Positions 1-10,039 are shown, counted from the first letter of the stretch. The stretch: 64,000 nt of DNA from Candidatus Sumerlaeaceae bacterium (GCA_051003195.1 JBPCLP010000008.1:96001-160000); one strand, 5' to 3'. Notes: generated by a model not told the origin, from the letters alone. Numbers and translations: made by a program.

Positions 1-1380
1 GGTCCCGCCATTCTCGCGGACGTAGTCGAGCGTCGATGCAACCGCTCCTGAAATTGGGGAACGGGCTTGCCACAGATGCAGCCAGCCGGATCGAGTTACA
101 TGTGCCGCCTGCAACAACAGGACGGCTGTTGTAAGCACTGCCAGCATGCGGGGACGTTGATTCACTTGGGTGATTTGCTGCATTGCCGAGATTGCGCCGG
201 CGACCAGTAGCCAGGCAGCCACGATCAGCATACCCCACGAGCGCTCTACTTTCCAAGGGTGCAGTGCCCAGAACCCGAGTAGCAGCAGAAAGAAGACACC
301 TGCAGGAGCAATTCGCCGACGCGACCAGAATTGAAGGGTCATGGCAACCGCAACGATATGCCCCAGCCAGATACCAATACCTTCACGCCCGGCTACGCGC
401 CCAGCATAGGCGACAGCGTCATAGCCCCACCCGCGCGCTCCCTCGCCCACCTCGTCCCCGCGCAAAGCAGGTAGCTGGTAGACGCCGACGATCTGCATGA
501 GCTCAGCGAAGTAGTTCTGATACTTTGGATAAATCGGCCGCAGCTTGTGCTCCGCAGCCATACTCCCAAGCTGAAAGGTGGCGAGCACTAAAGCGATACC
601 AAGAAACGTAAAAAGCCAGGCGCGAATGCGTGAACGTACCGCGGCGCCGATGGATGGCTGCGTGATTGCCAGGTTGTTGCGTGCGAAGAGATAATCTGCA
701 GCGAACGCCGCCGCAATGCCAGGCAGTAGATTATAGTGGCAGGTGAAGCCGTAGCCGAACAGCACACCTGCCAGCAGCGCGCACGCACCAGCCCAGCGTT
801 TTTTGTCATCGACAGACAGCAGCATCGCGAATCCAGCGCTGCCGAATGCAAGCGACCAGATGGTGCCTCCGACTTCACGTGAGAGATATCCGAGCAGGGG
901 CGACAAACCGATTCCGACAACGGAAATCACCTGGGGCAGCAAAGCGCGGCCATAGAGCTGCCTCGTAATTATGCCGCCAAAAACGACGATGACCATACCG
1001 GCAACCCAGGCCAGCCACAGCGCCGCCTTCCCGGTAAGACCCACCGCGAAAGAAGCAATCGCCAGCCCAACGATGTAACCAGGTTTGCCGGCGGGATAAA
1101 GCGTGCCACCCTGCCGGTGAAGTGTCTGTTTCAATTTAGCCAGCTCTGCGGTGGAAGATTGCCACGGCCCGCCGTGTGCCATCCAACGGATCACGTCCGA
1201 GTATGTGCGCGCCGCCAGAAGATTGTGTCCTTCGTCGTGCTCCAGAAGGCCGCGTTGGTTCAGGCCGTATCCATGCCAAATTCCAACGCACACAAACAGC
1301 ACCATCAGCAACATGCCGCGCTGAAATGGCGTAAGTGCGGAAGCTTTTACGTTGGTTGATTCTACGGGCGTCCTGCGCAT
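1..1380 (-). CDS. GT-C fold membrane glycosyltransferase (ArnT/PMT-like), 3' end runs off the window
   Basis: Hand translation from ATG at 1380: MRRTPVES...MLLMVLFVCVGIWHGYGLNQRGLLEHDEGHNLLAAR...KPGY. First TM is followed by an acidic DE motif, then many hydrophobic segments. The frame appears open to base 1, so it is missing from the ORF track. Confidence 0.7.
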   Translation of the reverse strand, partial: MRRTPVESTNVKASALTPFQRGMLLMVLFVCVGIWHGYGLNQRGLLEHDEGHNLLAARTYSDVIRWMAHGGPWQSSTAELAKLKQTLHRQGGTLYPAGKPGYIVGLAIASFAVGLTGKAALWLAWVAGMVIVVFGGIITRQLYGRALLPQVISVVGIGLSPLLGYLSREVGGTIWSLAFGSAGFAMLLSVDDKKRWAGACALLAGVLFGYGFTCHYNLLPGIAAAFAADYLFARNNLAITQPSIGAAVRSRIRAWLFTFLGIALVLATFQLGSMAAEHKLRPIYPKYQNYFAELMQIVGVYQLPALRGDEVGEGARGWGYDAVAYAGRVAGREGIGIWLGHIVAVAMTLQFWSRRRIAPAGVFFLLLLGFWALHPWKVERSWGMLIVAAWLLVAGAISAMQQITQVNQRPRMLAVLTTAVLLLQAAHVTRSGWLHLWQARSPISGAVASTLDYVRENGGT

Positions 1381-1427
1381 AAATGGAAGTGCGACGCGCT
1401 GGCAAAAAGCGTCAACTGCGCAATAAT

Positions 1428-1607
1428 CTATTGTTGGGGCACCCGCTCGGTACTTGGCTCGCGGACGGCATTGGGGTCCGGCTTTTGTTCCAGCTCGTCC
1501 AATTCTTTGCCGGTCGTGGGCTCGCGCATCGAAGGGATTTCGTCCTTATAATAGATAAGAAGTGCAGCCAGCAAAAGCAGCACGATCAGCAGCCACTTGA
1601 AGTTCAT
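1428..1607 (-). CDS. Small (59 aa) single-TM hypothetical protein
   Basis: MNFKWLLIVLLLLAALLIYYKDEIPSMREPTTGKELDELEQKPDPNAVREPSTERVPQQ*. GAGG RBS upstream; fills the gap between two minus-strand genes; below the ORF-track cutoff. Confidence 0.65.
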   Translation of the reverse strand: MNFKWLLIVLLLLAALLIYYKDEIPSMREPTTGKELDELEQKPDPNAVREPSTERVPQQ

Positions 1608-1716
1608 GCAACCTCAGTGGCCAGCGAGGGAGGCAGTTGTCCAGAAAGTACCAGTCGAACATTTTCGCAATCCACCACGAGGTAAACACGTTGCAGAAAC
1701 GCGCGTCTATGCATGG

Positions 1717-2763
1717 TCAGGTGGCTGTGCGACTTTGCAGAAAAGCCAGTGCCGCCAAAATCATTTGTGCTTGTAGCGTCACCTGCTTATGGAGTGGCAC
1801 GGGTTCGAGCTGGTATTTTTCCATCAGCTCTTTTGCAGGTGCCAAATTTCCGTGTTCTGCGGCAGCGCGCGCGGCAGGCAATGCTTCACGGAAGTGCTCA
1901 TACGCGGTCGCGCCGCGCTGAAGCGGCACATCGGGCGGACGTTGGGCGGGGTCCATAATCATGAAAAGCGGCAGCTCGCTGACCATAAGCAGCGGATCGC
2001 CGCCAAGAGATTGCACGAATTCCATGGAACTGGGACGGAACTGCGCGGCGGTTGTGGCATCGTTGCGCTCGAGGAAGTAAGTGCGCATAGCGGTAGAAGT
2101 GGGCGTGGTGCAAAAGCCAGGCGCGATGCGCGTGAATCCCTTTTCACCATGACGCTCGATATCGTGCAGTGGAAAGCCGTGACTCTTCGCAAGTCGCGCG
2201 AGCTGTTGCTGCAGAGGCTGAGTGCGATTCGACCACTCTTTACAAATGAGAAACCACGCGCCCTCGGCAAACGCCATCCCGTGCAGCGATGTGTGGAACA
2301 AGTATGGACCATGTGGCCTGAGAAAATCTGCAACCGCCTGGTTTTCGGGACGTAGCGCCGGCTCACCATTCGCAGGATAGCCGAACTCGATATCATCGCC
2401 TGGTGCTTCGCGCACGACGTTCTGAAAATAATTAAATGGATCGAGCGGATCGGCAAACCACCTGGAGTTTAATGCTGAGCCGTCGGGATTTGTCTGGGCG
2501 CAAATGCAGAACGTAAAATCTCGTGTGAACTGCCGTGCATCGGGTTGGCCCGAGGCAAGCCAAACGGCCAGCTCGATGGCCGTCATGGGTCCAACAGGTT
2601 CGTCCGAGTGGGCCCCGGCGGTGATACTGACATGAAGCGGCCCCGATCCGATTCGCAGTCCAACCATTTCGCGGCCCGCGCGCGAACGGCCAATCATGAG
2701 TTGCTCGTGAGCTGTGCCGGTCTTAGCCGCGGCGGCAACGATTTCTGCCAGCAGGCGGGGCAT
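1717..2763 (-). CDS. M14 family zinc carboxypeptidase-like protein
   Basis: IGRSRAGR, AGAHSDE (HxxE), NPDG and SLHG motifs. Start uncertain: the ORF-track start at 2958 overlaps the upstream gene, so ATG 2763 is used. Confidence 0.8.
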   Translation of the reverse strand: MPRLLAEIVAAAAKTGTAHEQLMIGRSRAGREMVGLRIGSGPLHVSITAGAHSDEPVGPMTAIELAVWLASGQPDARQFTRDFTFCICAQTNPDGSALNSRWFADPLDPFNYFQNVVREAPGDDIEFGYPANGEPALRPENQAVADFLRPHGPYLFHTSLHGMAFAEGAWFLICKEWSNRTQPLQQQLARLAKSHGFPLHDIERHGEKGFTRIAPGFCTTPTSTAMRTYFLERNDATTAAQFRPSSMEFVQSLGGDPLLMVSELPLFMIMDPAQRPPDVPLQRGATAYEHFREALPAARAAAEHGNLAPAKELMEKYQLEPVPLHKQVTLQAQMILAALAFLQSRTAT

Positions 2764-2839
2764 TGAAGCGTCCGTTACAAAACGTTCGAAAAGATCTCCG
2801 TACCCAATACCTAAATTTAATCCGGCAGAACTGAGTTCG

Positions 2840-3109
2840 TCAGCCACCGACTGGATCGCTGGCGTCCAGCTGGGTGATTCGGTTAACCAACTCCTGAAGC
2901 TGCTCGCGACTTGCTCCACCGCCTGAGCTCGAGGGTTCAGGGTCAGGGTTCTGCACAAGCACTTCGTTCAACTTGGCCATCGCCTGCTGGAAGCGATTAA
3001 CGTTACGGGTTTCGAGCTGCTCCAGGATCAGCGGTTTATTTGGGAAATCGGGAATCGACTGCGCGTAGGCGATCACGTTCTCGAGAGTTTCAAACCGCTG
3101 CGGTTCCAT
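2840..3109 (-). CDS. Hypothetical protein, 89 aa, helical
   Basis: ATG start, natural amphipathic composition, sigma54-like motif about 45 bp upstream. Confidence 0.65.
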   Translation of the reverse strand: MEPQRFETLENVIAYAQSIPDFPNKPLILEQLETRNVNRFQQAMAKLNEVLVQNPDPEPSSSGGGASREQLQELVNRITQLDASDPVGG

Positions 3110-3153
3110 AGGTCACCCACCATTCCTGGATATTGCGTACAACACAGCCTGAA

Positions 3154-3169
3154 GGCAATTTGCTTGCCG
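3154..3169 (-). promoter_or_regulatory. Putative sigma54 (-24/-12) promoter
   Basis: Minus strand CGGCAAGCAAATTGCC (GG-N10-GC with TTGC), facing the 2840..3109 gene. Confidence 0.5.
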
Positions 3170-3210
3170 AAGATTCAGATCTGCTGCAGGAATGCGGAAC
3201 CGCGCGAGTC

Positions 3211-3309
3211 CTGCTGTATTCTAGCGTTAATTCGTAATCAGTTCAGTGTGCCGAATCGAGCGTAAATCTCCCTTTGGTCGGAACAGAAACTACTGATTCC
3301 GCACACTGG
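3211..3309 (+). repeat. ~100-bp dispersed MITE/REP-like element, copy 1
   Basis: ttcgtaatcagttcagtgtgccgaatcg...gattccgcacactgg; aligns with the other copies. Confidence 0.85.
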
Positions 3310-3404
3310 TCTGGTGTCCCATTAATTCGTTCACTGGTTTTATGTGCCGTCCGAGCTCGAAAGCTTGCTGAAGTATAGCTATGAACTTCTGCGACGGCAC
3401 CTAG
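3306..3404 (+). repeat. ~100-bp element, copy 2 (tandem, diverged)
   Basis: Shares CTGG with copy 1; stem gtgccgtc/gacggcac; terminal CTAG is the porin stop codon. Confidence 0.7.
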
Positions 3405-4699
3405 AACGTAATCAGCACGCTTGCTGCGATCGTGTTCTGGTTTCCGCTGAAGCCATTCCCGCGCTCAAAGGGACGATCGCTACTGGAATCGTGACGGAAC
3501 TCGAGACGGCCCCAAAGGTTCTCGCGGAACTTGTACTGGGCGGTTACGGTATTCTCCCACAACGTCTGGTCGGTACCAGTCCGCACGCCGGCGGCATCCT
3601 TGAAAACTTCCGCGCGATAGGCGTAACTCAGCTTGTCGTCGCATTCGTACTTGAGGTAACCTGCCAGCCCGTGCCACTTGGCTGTCTCTCCGCCGGGTCC
3701 CGCATTCTCTTCCTGCGCGATGTCGACGTTCAGCATGCCGGTGAGCTTTTTGTTAAACTTATAGGTCGCGACAAAGTCAAGAAGGCGACGCTGGTTATGA
3801 TCGTTGTCCGTTTGCTCCGGACCGAAAAGAAAAACGGTCGAAAGACTGAGCTTTTCAGAGCACGTGGCGCCAAGGCGCGTCTCGTAGCTGAGCGCATCAT
3901 TGTTGTCATAGCGAGCAGTGTCCCAGCCGCGGTTCACGCCGAACGTGAAATCGTAAACGTCGTTAATTTTGTAGTTGGCGCGGATACCGGTGTGCGTAAA
4001 CGGAATCGCGTAGCCAAAGAGAAATGACCGGGAAATATTCCAGTTGTCCTTCTGCTCGATGACTTCAGCACCTGCCAGGGTAACGAAGCGTCCAGCTTTC
4101 ACAAGCAGGCCGTTTTCGCCGATGTCGAAAAGGTAGGAAGCGTACAGTTCCTCCCAGTCGAATTTGTCGGTGCGGGCTTCTTCAAAGGGCGAGATTACAT
4201 CTGCGTCCCAGCCCGTCGATACACGTGCTCCAAATCCCCAGCGTGACTCCTTGGTCGGGTCCTTCACTGCGTAGAGCTGAAACATGTTGAGCAGGTAGGC
4301 GTTGTCTTTTCGGTCGAAGACACGTAACGAGTTGACCCGGCTGTCCGGGTGGTTGAAATTGTGGGTAAAGGTCTGATCAATGTATCCATAGAGCTGAATG
4401 TCTTTTGCCCATTCGGCGCAGCAGCAGCGCACAAACTCTTCCTTAAAGTACTGAAGGGGGCGAACATTAGGATCGATCTCGTCCGCCTTCTCTTCCTCTT
4501 CCTCTTTGTCGTCCTTTTTGTCAGCGGCCGCTTCTTCTGCGGGCGCGGCGTGGAACCGCTTTTTCGTAGCCGTCTGGACTGTGGCAGTCGTTGCGTCGGC
4601 GTCGTCCAAACGGACGGTTAAAGAGTCTGCGAAAGCGCATGCCCCGACTAGAACCGTGACAAATAAAAGTGCGATAATCCGAAAGGGGTGTGTCTGCAT
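3401..4699 (-). CDS. Outer-membrane beta-barrel porin (BBP2/OmpL-like, DUF1597 type)
   Basis: Signal peptide; AGRFVTLAGAEVIEQKDNWNISRSFLFGYAIPFTHTG; RLEFRHD; C-terminal Phe. Confidence 0.85.
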   Translation of the reverse strand: MQTHPFRIIALLFVTVLVGACAFADSLTVRLDDADATTATVQTATKKRFHAAPAEEAAADKKDDKEEEEEKADEIDPNVRPLQYFKEEFVRCCCAEWAKDIQLYGYIDQTFTHNFNHPDSRVNSLRVFDRKDNAYLLNMFQLYAVKDPTKESRWGFGARVSTGWDADVISPFEEARTDKFDWEELYASYLFDIGENGLLVKAGRFVTLAGAEVIEQKDNWNISRSFLFGYAIPFTHTGIRANYKINDVYDFTFGVNRGWDTARYDNNDALSYETRLGATCSEKLSLSTVFLFGPEQTDNDHNQRRLLDFVATYKFNKKLTGMLNVDIAQEENAGPGGETAKWHGLAGYLKYECDDKLSYAYRAEVFKDAAGVRTGTDQTLWENTVTAQYKFRENLWGRLEFRHDSSSDRPFERGNGFSGNQNTIAASVLITF

Positions 4700-4825
4700 G
4701 GATAAGGTCTGCTCCAGGATCCGATATGTTTAAGGGCGATAGGAGTAGACGTTCGTCATTGGCAAGTAATTTATTTAATTGGCTGCATTTTTCCAAATCG
4801 GCAGGTGCTTTTTGAGCACTATTGT

Positions 4826-4909
4826 GGTTCCTTACCAGGACCAGACGGCAAACTTACCCTCGATTCGGCACACAGAAACTGATGACGAACTAACGGTAGA
4901 CCACACTAG
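4826..4909 (-). repeat. ~100-bp element, copy 3 (one end degenerate)
   Basis: ggcaaacttaccctcgattcggcacacagaaactgatgacgaactaacggtagaccacactag; CTAG is the stop of 4906..5523. Confidence 0.85.
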
Positions 4910-5523
4910 GGCGCGAATGGATTTGCAATTCCCTGGGTTCCAGAGCTGGGTAAATCGCTGGTACCAGCGGCAATGGCGGCGGAAACAGCCGGGCGAGGTG
5001 GAGGAACGGGGGCGAGCGTGGCTGCACCGCGAACATCGCGTTTACGGCCTTCGGTCTTGCGCAGGCCCTGGGCACTTACAGGATGCCCGAGTTTCTGCGC
5101 GAGCTGCGCCTTCTGCTCGGAAGTGAGAATCGCATCGATGCCCGACGAAAGCTGTTTTGAAATCGCTTCCATTTTCGGACGAAGCTGCTGCGCCATTTTT
5201 TGCCGGTCCGGTGCGCCTGAGGATTCGCCGCCGCTGCGGGTCCTGGGCTTGAATTCATCACGCAGTGCCATCATCTGCTGCTTCACCTGCTGTTCGAGCG
5301 CCGTCAATTGCGTCTGTTGTGCATTGGACAAACTCAGCGCGCGGGCAGCTTGCAGCTTTTGCATCGCTGGACTGTTCGCGATTTTCTGCGCCATGGCATT
5401 CTGCCGGTCGGCCATGCCGCTGTCCTGCTTACCAGGATTGCGGCCGCCCCCTGGTTTTTGTTGTCCTGCTGCTGCAATGGTGCAGATAAAGCAGAGCTGA
5501 ATGACCAGCAATCGAGTTTTCAC
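4906..5523 (-). CDS. Secreted Spy/CpxP-like (LTxxQ motif) protein
   Basis: Signal peptide; LSNAQQTQL and LTSEQKAQL motifs; Q/M/K-rich helices. Confidence 0.6.
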   Translation of the reverse strand: MKTRLLVIQLCFICTIAAAGQQKPGGGRNPGKQDSGMADRQNAMAQKIANSPAMQKLQAARALSLSNAQQTQLTALEQQVKQQMMALRDEFKPRTRSGGESSGAPDRQKMAQQLRPKMEAISKQLSSGIDAILTSEQKAQLAQKLGHPVSAQGLRKTEGRKRDVRGAATLAPVPPPRPAVSAAIAAGTSDLPSSGTQGIANPFAP

Positions 5524-5564
5524 CGCGCGGACCCTTCCGTTATATCAATCTGTCTGCGGTAGAA

Positions 5565-5580
5565 GGCAACGCTTGTGCCG
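5565..5580 (-). promoter_or_regulatory. Putative sigma54 promoter
   Basis: Minus strand CGGCACAAGCGTTGCC, about 40 bp upstream of the GTG at 5523. Confidence 0.6.
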
Positions 5581-5698
5581 TGCGTAGAATACTGTGGCTA
5601 CTGGACCGAGAGCGTGTGCGCGTTCGCATTCGTGCGTAAGCGCACCAATCGGAACAGCGGTATTGCATGGTTGTGCCCCGGCGGTGCGATAGACGTTC

Positions 5699-6358
5699 TT
5701 AGTAGTGCAGGGCTGCGCCTGGCGCGGAAGGCGGGGGAGAACTGCCAGCGTCGGACCGATGGCCAGCAAACTTGTTCCATAGCTTTCGAAAGATTCCGGC
5801 GAAGACATAGAGCAACACGCCCGCCGCGATGATCATCGCAACGGTAAATGAAAGGCTGAGGAGCGGATGAGCGGCCAACAGGCCGATCGTGCCGATAACC
5901 AGCCCGTCTTCCACGAGGCTGACCGCAGGCGATACAAGCGGACTTGTGCCTGTGGTGTGTGCGGCAAGGCGCGTGGTGGCTTTTGCTGTGTGCGAACCGA
6001 GCGCGAGAGTTCCCCCGATGAGAGCAGCCCCAACCTGGACTTCCGGTGGCACATTGCCGAAAGCCGCGGCCGCGAGTGCGGCACCGGCCGGCACGCGTAT
6101 GAAGGTGTGGATGGTATCCCATGCGGAATCGACAGCCGGAATCTTGTCCGCAACGAACTCGATGCAGTACATGAACAGTGCGGGAACAATGACCCACGGG
6201 CTGCCCAGAACTTCCAGCCCCTGCGGTAACTGGAAGCCCGGCACATACTGACTCATCAAGCCGAGCACCGCCACCGTAGCGTACAGGTTGATTCCCGCAC
6301 ACCAGCTTGCGCCAAGCGCGAGGGCTAACTGAGAGATAATTGATTCATAGGGGGTCAT
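5699..6358 (-). CDS. DUF4126 family membrane protein
   Basis: ASWCAGINLYA, EFVADKIPAVDSAWDTIHTFIR, SLVED motifs; GGAGG upstream. Confidence 0.85.
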   Translation of the reverse strand: MTPYESIISQLALALGASWCAGINLYATVAVLGLMSQYVPGFQLPQGLEVLGSPWVIVPALFMYCIEFVADKIPAVDSAWDTIHTFIRVPAGAALAAAAFGNVPPEVQVGAALIGGTLALGSHTAKATTRLAAHTTGTSPLVSPAVSLVEDGLVIGTIGLLAAHPLLSLSFTVAMIIAAGVLLYVFAGIFRKLWNKFAGHRSDAGSSPPPSAPGAALHY

Positions 6359-6402
6359 GAGGAGGCCTCCGTTAAAGTCACCATCGGGTCGTTCGACAGC
6401 AC

Positions 6403-6432
6403 ATTATAACGGGTTGTTTCCGCCGCATTCAA
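6403..6432 (-). promoter_or_regulatory. Putative sigma70 promoter for the DUF4126 gene
   Basis: Minus strand TTGAAT-N18-TATAAT with an AT-rich upstream tract. Confidence 0.55.
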
Positions 6433-6531
6433 TTAATTATTAAAGTTATAGCAATTTGCTACAAACGTGTTCCCGTCGGTGCTTAGGGTTGGCACTTGCG
6501 GAAGCAGGGCGAAACAGGGAGTGCCTCTGGA

Positions 6532-7473
6532 ATGTCGTTCAGCCCCGATGACCAGGCGAATACACGCGCGCGTCTGCGTATGCTGCTGGGGCGCCTGCCC
6601 GCATGGGACCGTCCCATCTCCGCCGTGGTACAGGGCGAGCCTTACTCTCATGCACAGGGTTTCATGGTGCAGAAACTGGAACTCGAATTGAACGGCATCG
6701 AGCCGGTGCCGGCTTATTACGTCCGCCCCGCAGGGCGTGATGGTGAAAGGCTACCGGCCGTACTTTACCATCACTCGCACGGCGGCGAATACCACATCGG
6801 CAAAGAAGAACTGCTGGCAGGGCGAGGATACATGCAGTCTCCGGGCTATGCTGCTGCGCTCACGCGCGCCGGCTTTGCAGCCCTGGTGATCGACTGCTGG
6901 AACTTTGGTGAGCGTCACCGCCGCACGGAGACTTCTGTCTTCAAAGAGATGCTATGGAAGGGACAGATCCTTTGGGGCATGATGCTGTACGACGCGGTGC
7001 GGTCACTGGATTACCTCGTCAGCCGCAATGACGTGGATCCTTCGCGCATCGGAACCCTGGGGATGAGCATGGGCTCAACGCTGGCATGGTGGCTGGCCGC
7101 GTTGGATCCGCGCATCGCGGCTTGCGTCGACATCTGCTGCCTTACAGACTTTCACGCGCTGATTGAATACGACGCGCTGGATGAACATGGGGTTTACTAC
7201 TATGTGCCGGATCTGCTGAACCACTTCAGCACATCGAGCATTAACGCACTGATTTGCCCACGGCCTCATCTGAGCCTGGCAGGAACACTGGATCCGCTGA
7301 CGCCCGCACGAGGGCTTGACCGGATCGACTCACATTTAAAGACTGTGTATGGCAATGCCGGCGCGGGCGAAGCGTGGAAACTTATGCGACAGGATGTCGG
7401 CCACCAGGAGACACCTGAAATGCGCTCGGAGACGTTGGGGTGGCTGCAGCGCTGGCTGGCGTCGTCGGATTAA
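6532..7473 (+). CDS. Alpha/beta hydrolase (dienelactone hydrolase/esterase-like)
   Basis: GMSMG nucleophile elbow, GTLDPL Asp, VGHQET His; start set to ATG 6532. Confidence 0.85.
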   Translation: MSFSPDDQANTRARLRMLLGRLPAWDRPISAVVQGEPYSHAQGFMVQKLELELNGIEPVPAYYVRPAGRDGERLPAVLYHHSHGGEYHIGKEELLAGRGYMQSPGYAAALTRAGFAALVIDCWNFGERHRRTETSVFKEMLWKGQILWGMMLYDAVRSLDYLVSRNDVDPSRIGTLGMSMGSTLAWWLAALDPRIAACVDICCLTDFHALIEYDALDEHGVYYYVPDLLNHFSTSSINALICPRPHLSLAGTLDPLTPARGLDRIDSHLKTVYGNAGAGEAWKLMRQDVGHQETPEMRSETLGWLQRWLASSD

Positions 7474-7515
7474 GTGGAGGAGAGCGACGCATGCAGCGCC
7501 GCTCCCCGACACTAT

Positions 7516-9276
7516 TTACTCATTGCGAGAGCGTTGCTTTGCTGGCCGTGGGCCCGATGAGCGAGTCGACTTCGACGGCGCCTTTTCTGCATCGATCGAC
7601 TTATCATCCTTGGCTGCCGCTGCGGCTTTTTGCCCCGCCTGCACAAACGCGCGAAGTGTATCCGCGGGCATTTTCACATTAACGCGATACTTATTCGCTG
7701 CCTTGGCCCATCCCACCTGAAGCGGCGGAGCATCTTTCACAACGGCAGCCATGCTCTTCATCTGTTCCGCGCCCTTCTCGCCTTCCTTTGCTGACATCGA
7801 AACGGCAAACAGCATTGCTGCACCAATGTTGTAATCGAAATAGCCCTGTCCACCTTTGGGGAGGTTTTCGCTGCTGAGCAATGGTTTTGCGGCCGGGTTG
7901 CTGCCGGATTTTGCAGCTTCGATCAGGTCTTCAATCTTCTCCGGTTTCACTGCATATACCAGGACCTTATCGACGAAGGCCACTTCGTAGACCATGTTGC
8001 CCATGAGCTGTTTCATGCGCTTCTGCTGCTCGTCCGGACCGCGCGAAAAATCCATCTTCATATCAAGTTCGTGAATTGGAGTATCTTTATACTTTCGCAC
8101 GTTCTCTTTAAAGCTGAGTTTCATGGGCATGCCCATTGCATCGTAGAACTTCGCGAAACCGGTGGACTCCATTTTTGCCGGCATTTCGCGGAATACCTTT
8201 AACGCGGCTGCTTCATCCTTCACAGTGACAGCGTACGCGCCGCTAAGGGGAGCGCCTGGGTCGCCCATGAGATTCATGGCCATGGACCCACCAAACGCGG
8301 CCGAGCATTCCTCGAACCACTTTGTGATTTCCTCGACATTGACCTTCGACGTCTCTCCGGGAGTTTCTATTTCTTTTGCGATCTCTGCAAAGAGCTTTCC
8401 CATGCCGACCATGTCAAAACTCGCATAGCCGCGAATTGCACCGTTGCCGGGGAGCAGTTTCATGAGGTCGCTGCCGGAAGCGTCCGCAGCCACAGGTGCG
8501 TTCGGCTCACTGGACTTGTTGACGGGGATGACGCCGTAATTCATCGCCATCGCTTCTCCAGACGGCTCAATGCTCAGTTCCAGCGTGTCCATACGTTTTG
8601 CGAACGCATAGTACGCACGGAACACCGAGACGATCGTATCCGCATCACCACCTGCGGTCGCGCTCGTTGCTTTTTCGGCTTTCTCGACCTTCTTCGCCAT
8701 TCCCTGCATGGCGCCCTGAATCTGCGAATCATATTGCTTGAGCACATCCGCAACCTTAACGGCTCCGCTTAGGGTTGGTGCGCCACTGCCTGCCAGCAGG
8801 GTTTCTTTAACCTGTGGGGCAATCGCCCTGGCTGAGCTTACGCTGCCAGGATCTGCGCCAATAATCAGCAGCCCATCAGCCTCTTCAACCGTGCCCAGAT
8901 TTCGTGCCTTCAGCAGCTTCTGATAATCTGCCGTTTTGCCGGCGGACACTTCCAGGAATGCATAGGGCATCCCCTGTTTCGGGATCACGACTGCGAGGCC
9001 CGAGCCGGACGGAAGGCCTGCAAGCTGCGGGTCTCCCAACATGGCGCCCGCCTGCGCTTTGATCCCCCCGGCGTTCATGCCGGGCATTACCTTAGACGCC
9101 AGCGCGCCGATTTTATCGAGTAGTCCGGGCACGTCGCCAATAACAACACTGCCGTACGTCTCGGGCAATATGGGAATGGAAGCTTCGATTTCTGCTATCG
9201 CGAGATTGCCCGGCACCAGAAGTGCCGCGACTGTCCAGGCTTTGATCTGCTGGTATGCTGCTTTCATGTGAACCAT
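7516..9276 (-). CDS. Large secreted hypothetical protein (586 aa)
   Basis: Long ORF, AAGGAG RBS, signal-peptide-like N-terminus; no motif recognised. Confidence 0.8.
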   Translation of the reverse strand: MVHMKAAYQQIKAWTVAALLVPGNLAIAEIEASIPILPETYGSVVIGDVPGLLDKIGALASKVMPGMNAGGIKAQAGAMLGDPQLAGLPSGSGLAVVIPKQGMPYAFLEVSAGKTADYQKLLKARNLGTVEEADGLLIIGADPGSVSSARAIAPQVKETLLAGSGAPTLSGAVKVADVLKQYDSQIQGAMQGMAKKVEKAEKATSATAGGDADTIVSVFRAYYAFAKRMDTLELSIEPSGEAMAMNYGVIPVNKSSEPNAPVAADASGSDLMKLLPGNGAIRGYASFDMVGMGKLFAEIAKEIETPGETSKVNVEEITKWFEECSAAFGGSMAMNLMGDPGAPLSGAYAVTVKDEAAALKVFREMPAKMESTGFAKFYDAMGMPMKLSFKENVRKYKDTPIHELDMKMDFSRGPDEQQKRMKQLMGNMVYEVAFVDKVLVYAVKPEKIEDLIEAAKSGSNPAAKPLLSSENLPKGGQGYFDYNIGAAMLFAVSMSAKEGEKGAEQMKSMAAVVKDAPPLQVGWAKAANKYRVNVKMPADTLRAFVQAGQKAAAAAKDDKSIDAEKAPSKSTRSSGPRPAKQRSRNE

Positions 9277-9597
9277 CTCCTTAAGGACACGAGGATTTCC
9301 TCGCGCTTGCTAAACTCCCGGTTCGTTCAAACGGCACTGCAAGTAGAATAGCGAATCAGCTCAGGCGCTTATCTGGCATAGAATTGTTGCCGGCTGGACC
9401 ACGTGGTTTCGCTGAGGGAACCGCGCCGCGCTCGTCACCGCGGGTGTCGTCGCGATGTTCGCCGTCGGTGATGGGTGGGCGAACGACTGCCCTGCAATTC
9501 TGGCTGCAAGTTGCGCTTCCATGGACTCACCTGCTGAGTTCAATCGCCAGCCGCCCACGTCAGAAATTGCTACTCTTGCCTAGGCGGCGATTGAAAA

Positions 9598-9978
9598 CTA
9601 AAGGACAGGCTTTTGCTGACGCGCGGGCGATACCATCCGTTCTTCGGGCGGCTGCATCCCGGTCCAGGTGTTGTTAAACCGTGCCGAGCGCGCGGCCGCT
9701 TTGCGTTCGCGTGCTGCCGCACGAAGTTCCCGTGCGAGAACGGAAATGGCATGCTCCAGCTTCTCAAGTTTTGAGCAATTGCGCATCCTGAGCTTTAGCT
9801 CTTCTACCGAAAGGTCAGTTTCGCGGCGAAGCGTCTGCGAGACCGCTTCACCGCAAACCACGAGCGCCATCGTGTAATCTTTCCGGTCGAGGCTCGAGAC
9901 GATACTCTCTTTGAATTCACTGTCGTCTAAGGAAGCGGCGAGTACCGTCGCCGTTTCGTGAGTTACTTTCATCGCCAT
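9598..9978 (-). CDS. Hypothetical protein, 126 aa, coiled-coil-like C-half
   Basis: ATG start with purine-rich RBS; sigma54-like motif upstream. Confidence 0.65.
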   Translation of the reverse strand: MAMKVTHETATVLAASLDDSEFKESIVSSLDRKDYTMALVVCGEAVSQTLRRETDLSVEELKLRMRNCSKLEKLEHAISVLARELRAAARERKAAARSARFNNTWTGMQPPEERMVSPARQQKPVL

Positions 9979-10023
9979 GATACGTCTTTCCCCCTTGTAA
10001 ATGGCGTATTAACCGAGAGTAAG

Positions 10024-10039
10024 AGCAAGACCTCTGCCG
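10024..10039 (-). promoter_or_regulatory. Putative sigma54 promoter
   Basis: Minus strand CGGCAGAGGTCTTGCT, about 45 bp upstream of ATG 9978. Confidence 0.45.

Noticed and set aside
9361..9558. 65-aa ORF between two minus-strand genes
   Set aside because: No motif or compositional support; cannot be told apart from a chance ORF.
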